Below are positions 1 to 13,189 of a DNA stretch of 64,000 nt, piece by piece. Origin of the DNA: Antedon mediterranea (Eukaryota; Animalia; Echinodermata). Both the position numbers and the translations under genes were made by a program. The notes below the pieces were generated by a model. It made no database searches. It had not been told where the DNA came from and saw only the letters and a list, made by a program, of their open reading frames with translations. Numbering within the stretch: position 1 is the first letter of the stretch; every line of letters starts with the position of its first letter. The stretch covers positions 7,440,001 to 7,504,000 of the forward strand of contig NC_092673.1 in NCBI RefSeq assembly GCF_964355755.1. Direction: 5' to 3'.

Positions 1-1919
1 AATTTATCATGAGTTATGCAAGTGCATCAACATTACCATTACTGCTTTGTTTAAACGTTTTCGTTCAGTTCTTTTTCTGTGTTTTTGCTTTTTCATTTCT
101 TTGCACATGATTGTGGTTTTATTTATAGATGCATAGAGAAATGTTACTGTATTTATCATGCATAAGAGAAAGTGTATCATTCATCATTACTGTTCATTAC
201 AATTTGTTTTGTTTTTTTGGCCTATTTAATTTTAGTGCGTCGGGCTCTTATCAGTTGATCTCAATCTGCTCCCTAACACAGTGGTGTTTAATGAACCATG
301 TTGGGTCGTTCCACTTTACTAGGAGGTAACTTTCAGACAGTTAACAAAAGCTTTTAATAAAAGAAAACAATACAATAGGTACAAAAGAACAATGTTAGAG
401 TGCTAAGAACTATTTATTAGGAGACTACTCCCATTAAAATAACTATGGTACATTAACAATAAGTATTGTGTAGAAAAAAAAAGCCCAAAAGGGCGGAGGC
501 TGATACAGAAGGTAATAATAGAATATCATACTGAACTACGCCCGATAGGTAATCTGTTCCATAGGCATAGTGCGTACACTTAATCTGTTAAATATATTAT
601 ATTTAAATTATTTCTATTTTTGTAGCAATCTTCAAATATTGCACAAACAAATAAAAGTAATAATAATTTTAGTAGAACCAATGGTATACCAACTCCCTGT
701 GTATACAATTCATTGAAAAATCACCAAAACAAATTTTAAGTGCAGTATAACGGTATGTAAATGCTAACTAGTACAATATGAATATATTATATATTACATA
801 GAGATACTAATAATATAATATTAATTTGACATTAGAAAACAGAAATGGAAACCATAAGGTCAAATTCAACGTTTTGTGCTACAATCCTTTTCCTATTAGT
901 AAAATTAAGTTTTAAAACTACTTATATAAAAAATTCTGTTGCCTTATCTTAAATACATTTACATATTACAAATAAGGGATAATAACTCTTAACTTTCGTG
1001 AAAAAATAAAGCGTTTTGGATAAGTAGTTTTTCAGCAACTGTAATTTTAGTTGTAACGTTACGTTCTGACTGCTCAGGAAAGGTTGGACGACTTCGAACA
1101 TTTTCGCCTATCCTTTAACACTAGCCGGTCACTGACAAACCAAAACACTGCTTCAAAAAAGGGGCTGTGCCGACGAAGTATCTGAACCAATCACATTTTA
1201 CTTTAGGTCATTAGAAAGCTTGATTGATTAGCTTTTGCATGGTGGAACAGCCAATATCATTGGATAACTAGGTCAAACGTTATGAACGATCTCAACAATA
1301 AAGATCTCAACAAATTAGCAAAACAAGCCTATTCTTTAACACAGGGCAATTTTCAAATCGTCTAACTTTAAAAATCAATGCCGACGACGTTTTAAGTTTT
1401 TTTAAATTAAAAATAACATGACATCGTAGGTACTTAATTAGGCATTACAATGTCGAAACAGCCATAAAAATCGGTCAATTAATAACAAAGTTACATTGAA
1501 AAAAACTCAAAAAAATAGTTGTTTTTCGGTGATTTCGTGCCGTTTAGCGGAAATCGCCCGGATTTTTGGGTACATAAAACAAATTGTAATGAATGTGTTC
1601 ATTCAGTTCTTCTACTTTATTTTAATTTCTCATTCACTTTTTGTTTTTCTTTTTCTTCATTCTTTTGCGCATGTTAAAGAGCATATTTACTATATTTATT
1701 ATGCGTTATACAAATGTACTACATAATACTATTACTGTATTTGGTAATGTGTCAAGAAAGTGCTTTTTTTTATTTATGCGCACCACCACAGGATTGCAAT
1801 AAATGTTTTAGGTACATTATATTATTAATAGCAGTATCTGTCTAGACTCTGGAGTTGGTAGGCCAAATAAAAGAATATTAACTATTATAGTCTCTCAAGA
1901 TTGGTTCATATAGTAGCAA

Positions 1920-3165
1920 ACAGTGTTTTATCACCAACTAACTTAACAATCAACCACTAATGTAACATTAACCTCTAACGTAACAAAAATCAACCACTAA
2001 CAAGAACTCGTACATTATATAATTACTAATTTAACAAACCATAACCACTAACGAACAGTTTAACCACTAACGTAAGAAACTTCATTACCCACCAATGTAA
2101 CAAACTTTAACCACTAACAGTAGAAGCTCCAATGCGACGTTTTGTCCAAAACAGTAGAAAATGTTAAAGAAGTATTGTCCTTTAAAACACAAAAAATGAA
2201 GGTCAAAATATTCTAAATTTAAATTGGCCATATCAAAGTAAAATTAAAGTTATTCACTTTAGGTCGAAAATTCGAGCCAAAAACAACAAGTTTAGGTAAT
2301 TAATAGGTACATTAATTTGATTACATTTCTTCTGGAAAATCGTCGCGAGCGAAAGTAAACAAAGATTTCAAACCACGAGTATGCATTATGCATGATGCTA
2401 ATTAGGATTGTTTACAGGTCTCGAGAAGGTGTTTTCACACAGATCGCGAGGAAGTTTTATGATTATGCATACAGAGTAGCCAAACAAGCGCGTTGCATTA
2501 TGAGATATGTTTTGATCGAAAACTTTGACTGGAAGTCAAAGTTATTTTTTGAACAAAAAAACGTCTGTATTTCAGTTAAATGATTTTTTAAATTTTCTAT
2601 CCTTCAAAAATAAAATTGTTCTATTTCAGTAACGACTAGTCATAAAGATTAAAATCGTTCAGAATATGTGTTTAGGTAGGTTCATTCAAATAAAACATTT
2701 TGGCAAAATGTAACCAGAAATAGCCTTTGACCTGGGTATTTTTGTATCTCAATAACTATATCGGTGACACAAAGAGGAAATTTTGCTTAAAAGTGGTCAG
2801 AGCACACAATGTTCATTGTCATACAGTATGTTGATATTTGTTTGTAATACAATTTTGTGTCAAATGGTGATTATCATTTGACATATTATTAATTGATAAA
2901 AAACACACAGAATTAAAAACGAAGTTCAACAAAGTCAAAGATTTCTAACTTACATGAATTTTCCACACAATATATTCTAAGTCAAAACATTTTCTACTGT
3001 TGTTACGACCTTTTTTCAATTGGTTAATTTTTGTTACGTTACTGGTTAATGTTACATTAGTGTTTGATTTTTTTACGTAATTGGTTAATAATATGTTACA
3101 TTAGTGGTTGATTTTTTTTACGTTACTGCTAATTTCACATTAGTGGTTGATTGTTACGTTACTAG
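1920..3165. mobile_element. Fold-back/MITE-like element whose arms are inverted arrays of an ACCACTAATGTAAC-type tandem motif
   Basis: Repeats of accactaa(t/c)gtaac at ~1950-2120 recur as gttacattagtggtt at ~3020-3165. Inner arm ends acagtagaaaatgtt (2151-2165) and aacattttctactgt (2986-3000) are perfect inverted copies. Outer boundaries approximate. Confidence 0.55.
2163..2590. mobile_element. Truncated copy of the TTAA MITE family also found at 8584-8927
   Basis: Starts ttaaagaagtattgtcc and shares long near-identical blocks (gagaaggtgttttcacacagatcgcga...gagtagccaaacaagcgc) with 8580-8820. Confidence 0.7.
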
Positions 3166-4189
3166 TCAGTGTGAGTCTGAATTTGAAATGTGATTCGTAA
3201 GCTCCCTTCTGAAAGAAAGATGCATGTTTACGACACAGGCTGTAAAATAATGTTGTGTGAAGTGCTGCTACCCTACAGCCATTTACGGTGAGCCAAACAC
3301 AAGTAGTTTGACTGTGTTTACGATAAAAAGAGACTAAATTTATATTTCACCACTCACCTATTAATTATTATCCCACTTAACAGAAGAACCTATACTTTAT
3401 TACCACTTTGATCAAGGCAATGAGTGAGTGGCCGAGCGGAACCGAAATATTATTTAATCTTCATTTCATGTTTTTTGGGAGACAATAAACCTTCATTTAA
3501 ATTCTAATGGATAATATTTGTTTAGTATATAGTTCCATTTTCGGGCACCACGGGTCCATATTCCTAAAATGATCATTTCATAACATAGCATACTCCAAAA
3601 AACCGTTCTATAAGAGTGCCATTTTTAGGCATCTGATGTCCATATTCCTGAAATATTAATAAACCCCCAACCATGATGAGTCTGAGGTGGATACGACCGT
3701 CATGTTATCTACAAGAAATTAATTCATAGTATTATAATTAAATAAATATTATAAAATATAAAATATAAATAAATATTATAAAGATATAGTAGTAGGCCTA
3801 TATGGATTATTATGATTTTGCGTGTTAGGGTTTTTATTCACTTTTTTTTTTCGTTTTGTGTGTATTTATGTATGTGTTCTTGTTATATAAACATATACTG
3901 ATACACTTCGGAGGCCTACGCGGGTATGTCGTAGATACGATCTATGTTACTGTATTTTAAAACCGTAAAAGATACATATTTGTCAGGGAAACTACACCTC
4001 AATGAAATGCGTTATTTAATTTCGCTGAACTCGCTGGTTGTTAGTCTTTAGTTGATCATGATATGTAAATATTGTGTATTGTTTTATTTGTGTTTTCATC
4101 AAAGAAACAATTATCATTGTACTATTATATGAAATGACTTAATACTGTACATTGAATCGGAATAGTACTGTATTACGTACGCACGTATG

Positions 4190-4259
4190 ACCTCCGCCCC
4201 TTTTTGGTAGTTAATGTGTACACCACACAACAGAGGGCGTTAGTTAAAAAGATGGCGGC
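4190..4259 (+). promoter_or_regulatory. Putative PSMD5 proximal promoter: GC box plus YY1-like motif overlapping the ATG
   Basis: ccgcccc at 4194-4200; aagatggcggc (YY1 consensus) at 4249-4259 contains the start codon. Confidence 0.4.
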
Positions 4260-4427
4260 TATCATAGTTAAACTTGTGAATGATTTGTCAAATAATTCTG
4301 TTGAGATCAGAGAAACCCTAAGCCAAATCAAGACGGCCGTTTACAGTCTACAAATAAAAGAGCTACGGGATGTCGTGAAAACTTTACCACTTACTAATAT
4401 CTTTTTGAAACTTCATGTTTCTGACAG
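4252..4427 (+). CDS. PSMD5: 26S proteasome non-ATPase regulatory subunit 5, exon 1 of 7
   Basis: ATG at 4252 (MAAIIVKLVNDLS...), donor AG|gtaagc, phase 2 matches exon 2. Joined CDS is 1512 nt = 503 aa, close to known PSMD5 length. Confidence 0.85.
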
Positions 4428-6023
4428 GTAAGCCTACTAGCTAGGCTAGGCAGGTAAATCGGATCCATCCAGCGTGATCATGCATGATGATGGCATGGAT
4501 GGATGGGTGGTGGAGTCCAGCGTCGCCGGCTAGGGTCTAGGTAGGCTATCACCACATCAGTTTTGGGTTAGCACGGTTAGCATAGTCCTAGTCAATAGCT
4601 GTTCTTTGTTGGATGCTGAAATTTATGACCGCAGATGGTCGTACAATACATGGCTTAATATCGTAAATTTGCTGGTGTAGGCCTAGGCTTATAGGCTATC
4701 TATAATTAAGCCTAGGCCTAGGCTAGGCCTAATATTAGTTTAGCTCTTTTGTTATATTTTAATGCAGAAAACCACATATAGGGCCTACATTAAAATTCAG
4801 TTATCTTTGTAATACAGGAGAAAGTGTAGAAAAACGGGAGCACAACAATATTTGTTCCCGGCCAAAACGGAAGTGTTGGCATGATGTATGTGATAGTCAG
4901 ACTCAGTACCTGTACTGTTCTTAAATCATCAGTCATCTAAGATAAATATTTTTTGGAAAACGACAGATTTGCTAACAAAGACTATAGTTTATTTAAATTT
5001 TGTATATGTGATTTTCAACACATGGAAGTGGATTACACTCTTAAATTACTCCTGTCTCATAGACTGGGTATGTTTTCATACATTCTTCTTTAACTTGGAA
5101 ATACATTAGCAGTACATGGTTTTGCCAGTTTTTTCCAATGTTGTGCAGGAGACATAATATTCACATTACCCAGAGAGTAATTACACAAATAATTCTGTAA
5201 CAAACTGGCATTCTACTATGATGAATGATCATAGTTATACTTCCTTCCCTCTTTGCTGTACAGTATGGACTATGTGTAACTGGTTTTAAATAAAAGTCAT
5301 TGGAAAAGAAGAAGAAAGCAAACAAATTAAGAGAAAAGGTGTACAGGTAGATTATGGTTTGGAAAACCTAGGCATGTAGTTAATTAGTTTTACTACAGTC
5401 CTACTGTATTATTATGGCGGCTATTTTGTAATGGAATACTTTGTTATGTTTAGTACATTGTTTTTTACCATTCATTTATTCTCTTATTGTGTTCATTCAC
5501 TGTCCTCCTCAAAGGTGGAAACCCTGTTTACAAGACAAACATATACACAAGATGTTCTACGCAAAACTAAGACTTTCTTGGAGAGTAGAGACTGTTTATT
5601 ATATTATCATACAAAAACATAAATGTGTAAATATGTGTGTACTAAAGTAAATTACTTTGTTAGTTGTCTTTGAATTAATTATTATTATTTTTTTTAATGT
5701 TTCTCTACTGAACCACTTTCGAAATCAATGCTTTAGCACTGAAAGTGTCATTCAGTATAAAAGACAGAATAAATTAATATAGCCACAGATAAAATACAGT
5801 CTAATTGAATTGAAACTGTAGAATTATTAAATTAGAAATTTCAAAATTAACTGAAACATGAACATTGATATGCCTTAAATTGAATAACTCTGGGAATGAT
5901 AAACAAGTACGACACACCTTTATTGAAAAAAAGGACTAAAAACACTTAATTTAGATTTCAAACAATACGTTTTCTGAAATTCATTTGAAAATCCTTTTGT
6001 TCTATGTAAAGTACTTTTATTTT

Positions 6024-7609
6024 CAGGCCCGTAGCCCGTAGGGGTTTTTTTTATGGTTCGGGCGAACCCCCCCTTTACAGCGAACCCCCCCTTTACAGCG
6101 AACCCCCCCCCCCTTTACAGCGAACCCCCCTTAACCGACTGCGAACCCCCATCCTCGACATGCCCAATACCTCACCCTCATCTCTGAATCCTCCAAATAC
6201 GTGCCCCACACAGTACAAAAGGTTATTCGTAAATTGAAAAATTCGTAAACTCGTTCATTGAATAACTCGATACATTCTTTGCTGTATGAGCGTACGTTGA
6301 GCGATACGTGTCTGTAAATTACCAAGAGTTGCAAATGAATTGCCGATCCTGGTTCAGACCTATGGAGTTGTACGCCGCGTACAATACGAAAGCAAACGCC
6401 GCAGGTCTGAACCTTGAAATCCCTGGATGTATCGTACTCATACAGTGAGCTGGTGCACGAACGATTCGTACAAAGGACACCGCCAGACAAACGCGTACCT
6501 ACTGTTTAGATCACGGCAGTCAGCATGCATAAAGTAGGCCTATTCCGTAAATCTTCTAATTGTAACCCTGGGTTATTATTCTTTGATTGTTTTTTAAGGG
6601 TGGGTAACTATTAGAAGGGGATTACTATTAGAGTAGTGGGTTACAATTACTCATCTTAAATTAGGCACCTGAAAATAGTAACCCACCTCAACTATTCCGG
6701 TCAGCAAATCATAGCAAAATAATAAAACAGTACGAATAATTTGTTTGAACTCTAACTTTATTTTATAAACTCAAAAACACTCAATCCTCCCCACTCTCGA
6801 GATCAACATGCATTATCTCCTTATTTTCAAAATACGGCTGCATCATAAACGACAAGTCTTCAATTCATAATGTAATTTTGTCAATAGTTTTTGTGACTCT
6901 AATATCAACCCCATGTGGGTTACTATTAGAGTAGTGGATTATTATTATAGATTGACTTATAAGGTGGGTTACTATTAGAAGGAGGGTTACTATTAGAGTG
7001 TGGGTTACTATTAGAAGATTTACGGTATAGCCTTCCGACGGACATAAAAAATGTGTGGCTATGAAGTATAGTACGTGTATCAACATCATAGAGGATTTTA
7101 TATAACACCTATATAAATTCCTGTCATTTGATTGGACGAATGTGGGTCACATGGCGTGCAATAGTACGCACTATTCAACGATCGTTAAATAGTACTTTTT
7201 GAAACATTTTTGTGTACGAAAAAAAAACGTCTAGATGTTATATAAAACAAATAATGAATGTTTTGTATTCGTGTAATGGTACAAATAATGGCACTTGGTG
7301 AATGATGAAAGGTTATATCAACTCGGCTTTGCCTCGTTGATATAACCTTTCATCATTCACCTCGTGCCATTATTTGTACCATTGCACTCATAAACATTCA
7401 TTATTTGTATAATAGTGAATATTAATATATTACACTATAATATCTATGGTATCATGTACTGTAGTTTACATTATAGCATCTGTATCAATATCATCTATTT
7501 AAATTGATTAACATTTAATTTCCTCAACAAATAATTTGTGTCCCAAATACTTAGTGTCCGAACCCCCCCCCCCCCCCCCCCCCCTTGACAGATCCTGGCT
7601 ACGGCCCTG
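6024..7609. mobile_element. Non-autonomous TIR DNA transposon (CAG termini, 5-bp TSD) in PSMD5 intron 1
   Basis: TIR caggcccgtagcc / ggctacggccctg, flanked on both sides by atttt. Internal ~20-bp tandem gcgaaccccccctttaca (6062-6130) and gggttactattag repeats. Confidence 0.75.
7087..7415. mobile_element. Small element ending in a ~165-nt hairpin (tentatively Crypton-type non-autonomous), nested in 6024-7609
   Basis: Arms ~7247-7321 and ~7337-7410 are near-perfect reverse complements around actcggctttgcctcgt. Family label is from recollection of similar invertebrate repeats only. Confidence 0.45.
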
Positions 7610-7638
7610 ATTTTACCAACATTTTTTTTTTCTCCTAG

Positions 7639-7783
7639 GGAAGAATTAAAACTGTTGAAAGAGATATTAAATCGTTTGTTGGAATGTTTAGAACCTGAAG
7701 TTATACACTCACAATTTAGAGATGAAATAGAATCTGGACTAAACCATCAAGACGAAGAAATTATGATACTCTGCTTATCACAG
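7639..7783 (+). CDS. PSMD5: PSMD5 exon 2
   Basis: Polypyrimidine tract plus ag acceptor; EELKLLKEILNRLLECL...GLNHQDEEIMILCLSQ; donor CAG|gttatt; phases consistent. Confidence 0.9.
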
Positions 7784-8249
7784 GTTATTAAACTGTACCA
7801 ATCAATATTTTTAATGATTTCATTTTTAAATTTATTTTTCCCTATTTTCTTCCCTCGGTTTATACCAATTCATTTAATTCACCAATTCATAACATTTTTT
7901 CAAAATTCATACAGTACATCTTACAACCTATTCAATCGCCTCAACATTTCTTCATTCATCCAATTTTTAGTCAATTACAATAGTTGAAAATTAATTTTAG
8001 AAAAGAAGACTATTAAACAAAATATATATATATTATTTATAAAGAATGGCCAATATAAAATTTGTAACATTTTACTGAAACAAAAAGTTTAAAATAAAAA
8101 ATAAACATGATTATTTATATAATTAAGAAGAAGTTAGTCAAGAGACAAGAATTAGAAGAACTAGGCCTACTTTTGTCAAACTAGGTTGATAGTGTAGACA
8201 GAGCTTTATTTTAAACATATTGATAAATTTTATATATGTTTGTCTTAAG

Positions 8250-8492
8250 ATTAAGAGATATTCAAATTGCCATGATGCAGTAAACAACCTCACAACAGAT
8301 ATCCGTCTTCTCCAAGCAGTTATACGCTGTCTAGGTAATGGCACCCTTGCTGCGGCTATGATTTCCAGTGATATATTAAGCACAGTTGGAAAATCAACAG
8401 TTGCCACTGAGGTCTTGTTTAGTGGTGCATTACTGGAAGAGTTCAAAGAAAATATGGCAAAGAATGATATTGTACGGTACAGAGTATATGAG
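8250..8492 (+). CDS. PSMD5: PSMD5 exon 3
   Basis: ttaag|ATT; IKRYSN...KNDIVRYRVYE (DIVRYRVYE is a typical PSMD5 motif); donor GAG|gtgatt. Confidence 0.92.
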
Positions 8493-8583
8493 GTGATTTT
8501 TATAAATGTTTTTCTCTTTCCACACATACAGGGAGAGCATTTATTATGTTAAGACCTGTTTCTTCTGTGAAATTTAACGTTAA

Positions 8584-8927
8584 AGATGTATTGTCCCTTG
8601 GAACAAAAAAAATAAAGGTCAAAATATTTTTTTTAATTTAAATTTGCCATATCAAAGTAATATGTTAATTAGGATTGTTTACAACTCGTCAGAGTTGAGA
8701 AGGTGTTTTCACACAGATCGCGAAGAAGTTTTATGATTATGCATACACAGAGTAGCCAAACAAGCGCTTTGCATTATGAGATATGTTTTGGAAAAAAACA
8801 TCTGTATTTCAGTTGAATGATTTTTTTTTGGACTAATTTTTGGTGAAAGTTAATAACTATTATGACTACTATTTTTCAAAATCTTTAACAAAAAAAAATT
8901 TTTGGAATTTGTCAAAGGGACAATACA
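8584..8927. mobile_element. MITE with TTAA target (Kolobok-like)
   Basis: ttaa-agatgtattgtccct ... agggacaatacattaa inverted termini; second copy at 2163-2590. Confidence 0.65.
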
Positions 8928-9265
8928 TTAATAATTGTGTGAATAAATTACAACCAATTTATTGGCAGCAGTATTTTTGAGTAATGTCAATGTTTTTTGT
9001 TGATCAATTGATTTAAGACATTTATGGCAAACAAAATTAGCAACAAAATATTAAAATTTTCTTTTTTAGTCTGTTATCAAATAAACTGTTAATCACCATT
9101 ATACAACAGAAGATTCCTTATAAATTAGATGGCATTTTGTTTTGCCATAATATTTGTGGTTAATTTTAAACTTCACAGAAACAACAAAAATATATTCAAT
9201 CCATTTTTTTTTAAATATAAAAACATCCGTTTTTAAACATTTTATTTATTTTCTTATAATTTTAG

Positions 9266-9518
9266 GTGGTTACAAATATTTCAATATCTAACCCTGAAGC
9301 TTTAAACAATACAAATGTTTCAGGAATTCTCCAAACACTGATGTCAGAGGTTACAAAAGATGATATTCTTGTTCAAATGAACAGTATTGAGATGATAGGT
9401 TCATTAGCTACATCAAAGCATGGCCTAGACTATCTTGAAAAACATGGAATTGTGTGTAAGATGGAAGAAATGCTTGAAGCATCAGAATCAAATCCTCTTG
9501 TACATTTTCTCATGCCAG
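9266..9518 (+). CDS. PSMD5: PSMD5 exon 4
   Basis: tttag|GTG; DDILVQMNSIEMIGSLATSKHGLDYLEKHGIV; donor CCAG|gtacag, phase 1. Confidence 0.92.
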
Positions 9519-9779
9519 GTACAGTATGTCTATAGTATTGTATATAGGCAGTTAATAAAATAAATGTCTGTTAAGTTCCAAAAAAATCATACAATCTTAG
9601 AAAGCTATTCTACCCTTAGTAATTATTAGCCCAGAAAATCAGATGTTCATTTTAAATCTTTTAAGGAATATAGAACACTTACTGGCATTTTTTGACATTT
9701 TGTAAAAATGATGCATATATATAACTTTCAAACATTAAACCAGGTCATTCCTTGTCTTAGATATATGTTCTATAGTTAA

Positions 9780-10393
9780 AGACACCTTCCCTACGTTTTT
9801 TAGATCTAATTTAAGATCACAAACTATATTTAATGTAAAAATAATACTACTGTATATGGTCCTATTGCGATAACTTTTTTTTGTCTTTAAATGGTTAAAA
9901 ATGTGAAAAATAAGTTGATTCTAATAATTATAGCGGCCCGCTATAAATCCCAAAATGCATTGCGCACGGATTGATATTTTTGTTTTTCTTCTGTAATTTA
10001 CCCACTTTTCGATCGATTGTAAGGCCAAAATAAATTGAAGACTCCTAACTTTTCAGCAAAAATACCGGGTTTTTCCCAATTTGTATCAACGCAGTCTGGC
10101 AAAAATAGAAAGACAATTAATGCAGCAACTATACAACGTCAGGCTAGGTATATAGCTAGCGTACGATGTTCGTACGTTAGGCCTACAAAACTAAGCCTAG
10201 CTAGGTTAGGCCTAAAGACCGTCCATGAGAGGTCACTCACCGCGAGCTACTTAGGTAGTGCATTGTTTCTCACTTTTATCATAATTTACCATAAAACGTA
10301 CATTTAAGACAAGGAATGACCTGGTTTGATGTTTTTAAAGTAATATATATGTATTATTTTTACAAAACATCACAAATTGTAGGGAAGGTGTTT
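9780..10393. mobile_element. MITE with TTAA TSD (Kolobok-like), inserted into an inverted relative (~9670-10540)
   Basis: ttaa|agacaccttccctac ... gtagggaaggtgttt|ttaa. Flanks 9700-9775 and 10398-10450 are the reverse complement of the internal segment 10230-10380. Confidence 0.7.
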
Positions 10394-10673
10394 TTAATTA
10401 TAATAAAAAAAGTAAAACAATGCACTACCTAAGTAGCTTGCTCTGACCTCGTCCTATCGCAAAAGGCTCATGTAATATTTTTTTACATAACATGCAGTTG
10501 GTGACCTTATTAAATTAGAAAAAATGTAGGTAAAGTGTCGTAAATGAAATCGGGAACATCAACATTATGTAAACAAACTCTGGCTTCTGAATATTCCATC
10601 AATGTAATCTGACTCTCCACCTGAAATCTTAAATCGATATTTTTGACAATGTAAATAATTTGTCTTTTAATAG

Positions 10674-10862
10674 CATTAATCAAGTTTTTTGGAAGCTTGG
10701 CATGTCATGATCCAAAGGAAGTTTGTGAGAAACATCGTGGTTTTCTAAAGTCTACATTTGATCTACTTGGAACAGACGATGCTGTTCTAAGAGGTGTCGT
10801 TGTTGACACTATAGGTATTATTGCCTCAACTGTTGAAGGAAAGTTAGCTCTCAATAAGCAAG
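10674..10862 (+). CDS. PSMD5: PSMD5 exon 5
   Basis: taatag|CA; LIKFFGSLA...VVDTIGIIASTVEGKLAL; donor CAAG|gtaagg. Confidence 0.92.
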
Positions 10863-11417
10863 GTAAGGCTTTCCTGTTTTTAAATCAGTGTCCTAATAGT
10901 GGTGTTATTTACACAGTAAGCAAGATATAAAAGCTAAAATATGATTTTTATGTCCTGTGGATTTAATTTATCTTTTTTTGACCAAAGTTATTGGTAATGA
11001 AATCATGAATAAATAGTTATGCACAAAGTGACCCTTCATTGCGGTCAATGTGGATTTGGCCATCCATTTGATGTAGTATGAATTAAACTATATTCTGTAT
11101 ATACAGTATGTACAGTATATCAAATTGAAAAAAATGCATTTACTATGGAATTTCAGGGGTTTTTTTCTAATAAAAATTTTTTCTCTTTCTGTGAAAAAAA
11201 TTCCTGGCTAATAGTGATGTGGTTTAACAAGACTAGCTCTCTCAGTACCTTCCTAAAAAAACAGATGGAGGGTGCTAGTCACCCAACATTTGACTAAGCC
11301 AGATGATGATAACATCAAGAGAAACAAATTTTTCCATCACTAAAAATAACTTAAATTTGAGAGAACTGCATACAATGCAAGTAATATGAGTTTCTTGGTG
11401 TTTTTTTTTAAATATAG

Positions 11418-11527
11418 GAGAGTACATGAAAGATTCAATGAAACATCTTTGTAACATGATAACACATCCACCAACTGAAGTAAAGAAAAGAGCATTAATT
11501 TGCCTTGTGAATATATTTAACATTAAT
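11418..11527 (+). CDS. PSMD5: PSMD5 exon 6
   Basis: tatag|GA; PPTEVKKRALICLVNIF; donor AAT|gtgagt. Confidence 0.9.
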
Positions 11528-12227
11528 GTGAGTATAATAATCACATTATTTTTGACTAAAGTTTTCTATTCTAGCAATGTTCATTTCCCTTGCAAAAGGT
11601 ACAGTTACTAATCTTTACATTTCTAAACAAATTTACATAAACAGTTGCTTTGGAATACTATTCATAAAAATGCTTGTGTTTTTCACTGTTTGATATAATA
11701 CAGGTCCACTGGCCAATCGCTAGTAAATCCCATGACAGGCCGGTAAAACTTTTGAGTAGGTGACTCAATCAATTTTATTAAAATAATTTTCAGTAAAAGT
11801 TTATTCAGGCCATAAATATAAGAGGTCATGGATAATAATTGGGACTTTTAAATTGTCACGTTGACGTGATTACATCATGTTGCCTTCCTTGTTCACTAGC
11901 TGTCTAAGGCGAATATGGATTTGCCGTACATCTCAAAACAGGTCAACATGAACGGCATCCACTTTCACAACATCTAAAAATCCCTAATCACAAAGAAAAC
12001 CCCTGGTTTATGCCGGTCGTCGTAATTCTGGTCGAATAATAGAATAAAAAGAATGTATGGAAAAAGATTAATTTTAATTGGCCTTTTACTTTGAATTAAT
12101 TGTACAGTAGTTGGTTGAATTTTTGGTATTGATTATATAACCTTTGTGCATGTTGTATATTTTACATCACTTGCATTTAACAGCAGTACCGCTGTTTGAC
12201 AGCCAATTTGATGTTTGCTTTTGACAG

Positions 12228-12623
12228 ATTGAAGATCAGACTGATGATGTGTTATCGATGTTGGAAAACTGGTTTTCTCTGATTTGTTTTACACCAGTTG
12301 ACCTCATACTAACAATATGTCAGCAACCTTTTCAAGAGCTTCGCTGTCCAGCTCTGGCAATTATCAATTCAATTGCAAATCAGAATTGGGGTCAATTGTT
12401 GCTCAATGCACAACCGGGTTTCAATGAATATTTACTTAACAGATCCACAGAAAATGACAAATCTGGCAAAGATGCGAAATATAAAATTATAGAAACACTA
12501 GTGGATTCTCCAACAACTAGTACACATTTTGGCGCACCATACTTGATCAAGCTCAAGAAATTTAAGAATGAAGGCCCTTTTTATGTGCAAACTGAAACTG
12601 AAGTGGCTGTTGAGAGAGAATGA
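12228..12623 (+). CDS. PSMD5: PSMD5 exon 7 (terminal)
   Basis: gacag|ATT; QQPFQELR...PGFNEYLLNRSTE.DK..KDAKY...EGPFYV, the conserved PSMD5 C-terminus; TGA at 12621-12623. Confidence 0.95.
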   Translation: MEDQTDDVLSMLENWFSLICFTPVDLILTICQQPFQELRCPALAIINSIANQNWGQLLLNAQPGFNEYLLNRSTENDKSGKDAKYKIIETLVDSPTTSTHFGAPYLIKLKKFKNEGPFYVQTETEVAVERE

Positions 12624-13189
12624 AATACTGTACATAGGGTAAAAGACATAGTTAAAACAATATTCTTAGTACAATTAATAACACGATTAAAAATACATTC
12701 ATGGTAAAAATTATTTTTAGTATAACTACTGTACTATTTATATTATTATTATCACCACAAGGTGCTATTATTACTATTATTATATCACTGTTTAAAAAAT
12801 GAAATGGTTTTTCATTTAAGATGTTTTTATGTGTTACTATGAGGTATATATTCTTCCAAATTTGTGGCATTTTCTATCTCCTTACAATTTTCGGCTGTAA
12901 CTGTTTTAAAATTTAAAATAATTTTTAAAAATGCATGTGCTACTTCAAAAATGTAAGAAATCTCTTATAATACAATGTTATATAAGTTTAAGGTTATACA
13001 CATAGGTGCCAATTTCATCTCACTAATTTTAACATTACTAAATCAATACTGCATTACCTAAACAGTAATTATATCACCATCATGTGCCATCTTCGATACG
13101 AAGGTTGCCCACTATTGCTTTCAATCTAATGTAGTACCATGCTTGGCATTGTCTTTCTACGTTCTCTGTAAAATACTGGGTCTCCGATA

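Noticed and set aside
3421-3445. tRNA A-box-like gagtgagtggccgagcgg
   Set aside because: No B box or cloverleaf follows; at most a SINE scrap.
3671-3706. Possible second hammerhead (tgatgagtc...gaccgtc)
   Set aside because: Lacks the C of CUGA and the GAAA core, so it cannot be supported.
8138-8527. 129-aa minus-strand ORF
   Set aside because: Antisense to PSMD5 exon 3; no recognisable motifs.
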